Source of the DNA: Pecten maximus
Lineage: Eukaryota
DNA: 64,000 nt
NCBI RefSeq assembly: GCF_902652985.1
Contig: NC_047020.1
Location: 43,586,001-43,650,000, forward strand
Direction of reading: 5' to 3'
In this document: in pieces, positions 63,944-64,000 of the stretch
Position numbering within the stretch: the stretch's first letter is position 1
How the letters are laid out: each line of letters begins with the position of its first letter
The notes under the pieces: model-generated
Told to the model about the DNA's origin: nothing
The model's input: only the letters and a program-made list of their open reading frames with translations
Databases searched by the model: none
Made by a program: the position numbers and the translations under genes

Positions 63944-64000
63944 CGTGGCACCTTGTTCGGTATTATCAAATCCCTTTCGTTAATTCCTGCTGTAAAATCG

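Overview
AT-rich, intron-rich animal genomic DNA. The repeat repertoire (CORE/V/Meta-type tRNA SINEs, Helentron-type HINEs, tRNA-carrying mini-LTR elements) and a VWA/TSP1/chitin-binding gene point to a bivalve mollusc; this is inference. Four spliced protein-coding genes were reconstructed by hand from GT-AG junctions and phase continuity: CNOT7/CAF1 (minus, 6 coding exons, 300 aa), VPS37A (plus, 11 coding exons, 363 aa, head-to-head with CNOT7 as in human), an AIRAPL/ZFAND2B-like gene (minus, 11 exons, with an apparent 1-nt frameshift in exon 7) and the 5' part of a secreted VWA-3xTSP1-ChtBD2 matrix protein (plus, runs off the window). The remainder is minisatellites, SINEs, MITEs and decayed CR1-type LINE fragments. 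The most striking unexplained pattern is that all three housekeeping genes carry tandem 'echoes' of their own exon-intron junctions or stop-codon regions. These are 3 in-frame donors in CNOT7, 13 donors in ZFAND2, and in VPS37A a doubled acceptor, a duplicated frame-shifting exon and decayed donor echoes. Also notable is a complete TRIM whose LTRs each carry a tRNA-like Pol III cassette, nested in the A-box of another such element. Most long ORFs in the supplied track are minisatellite artefacts.
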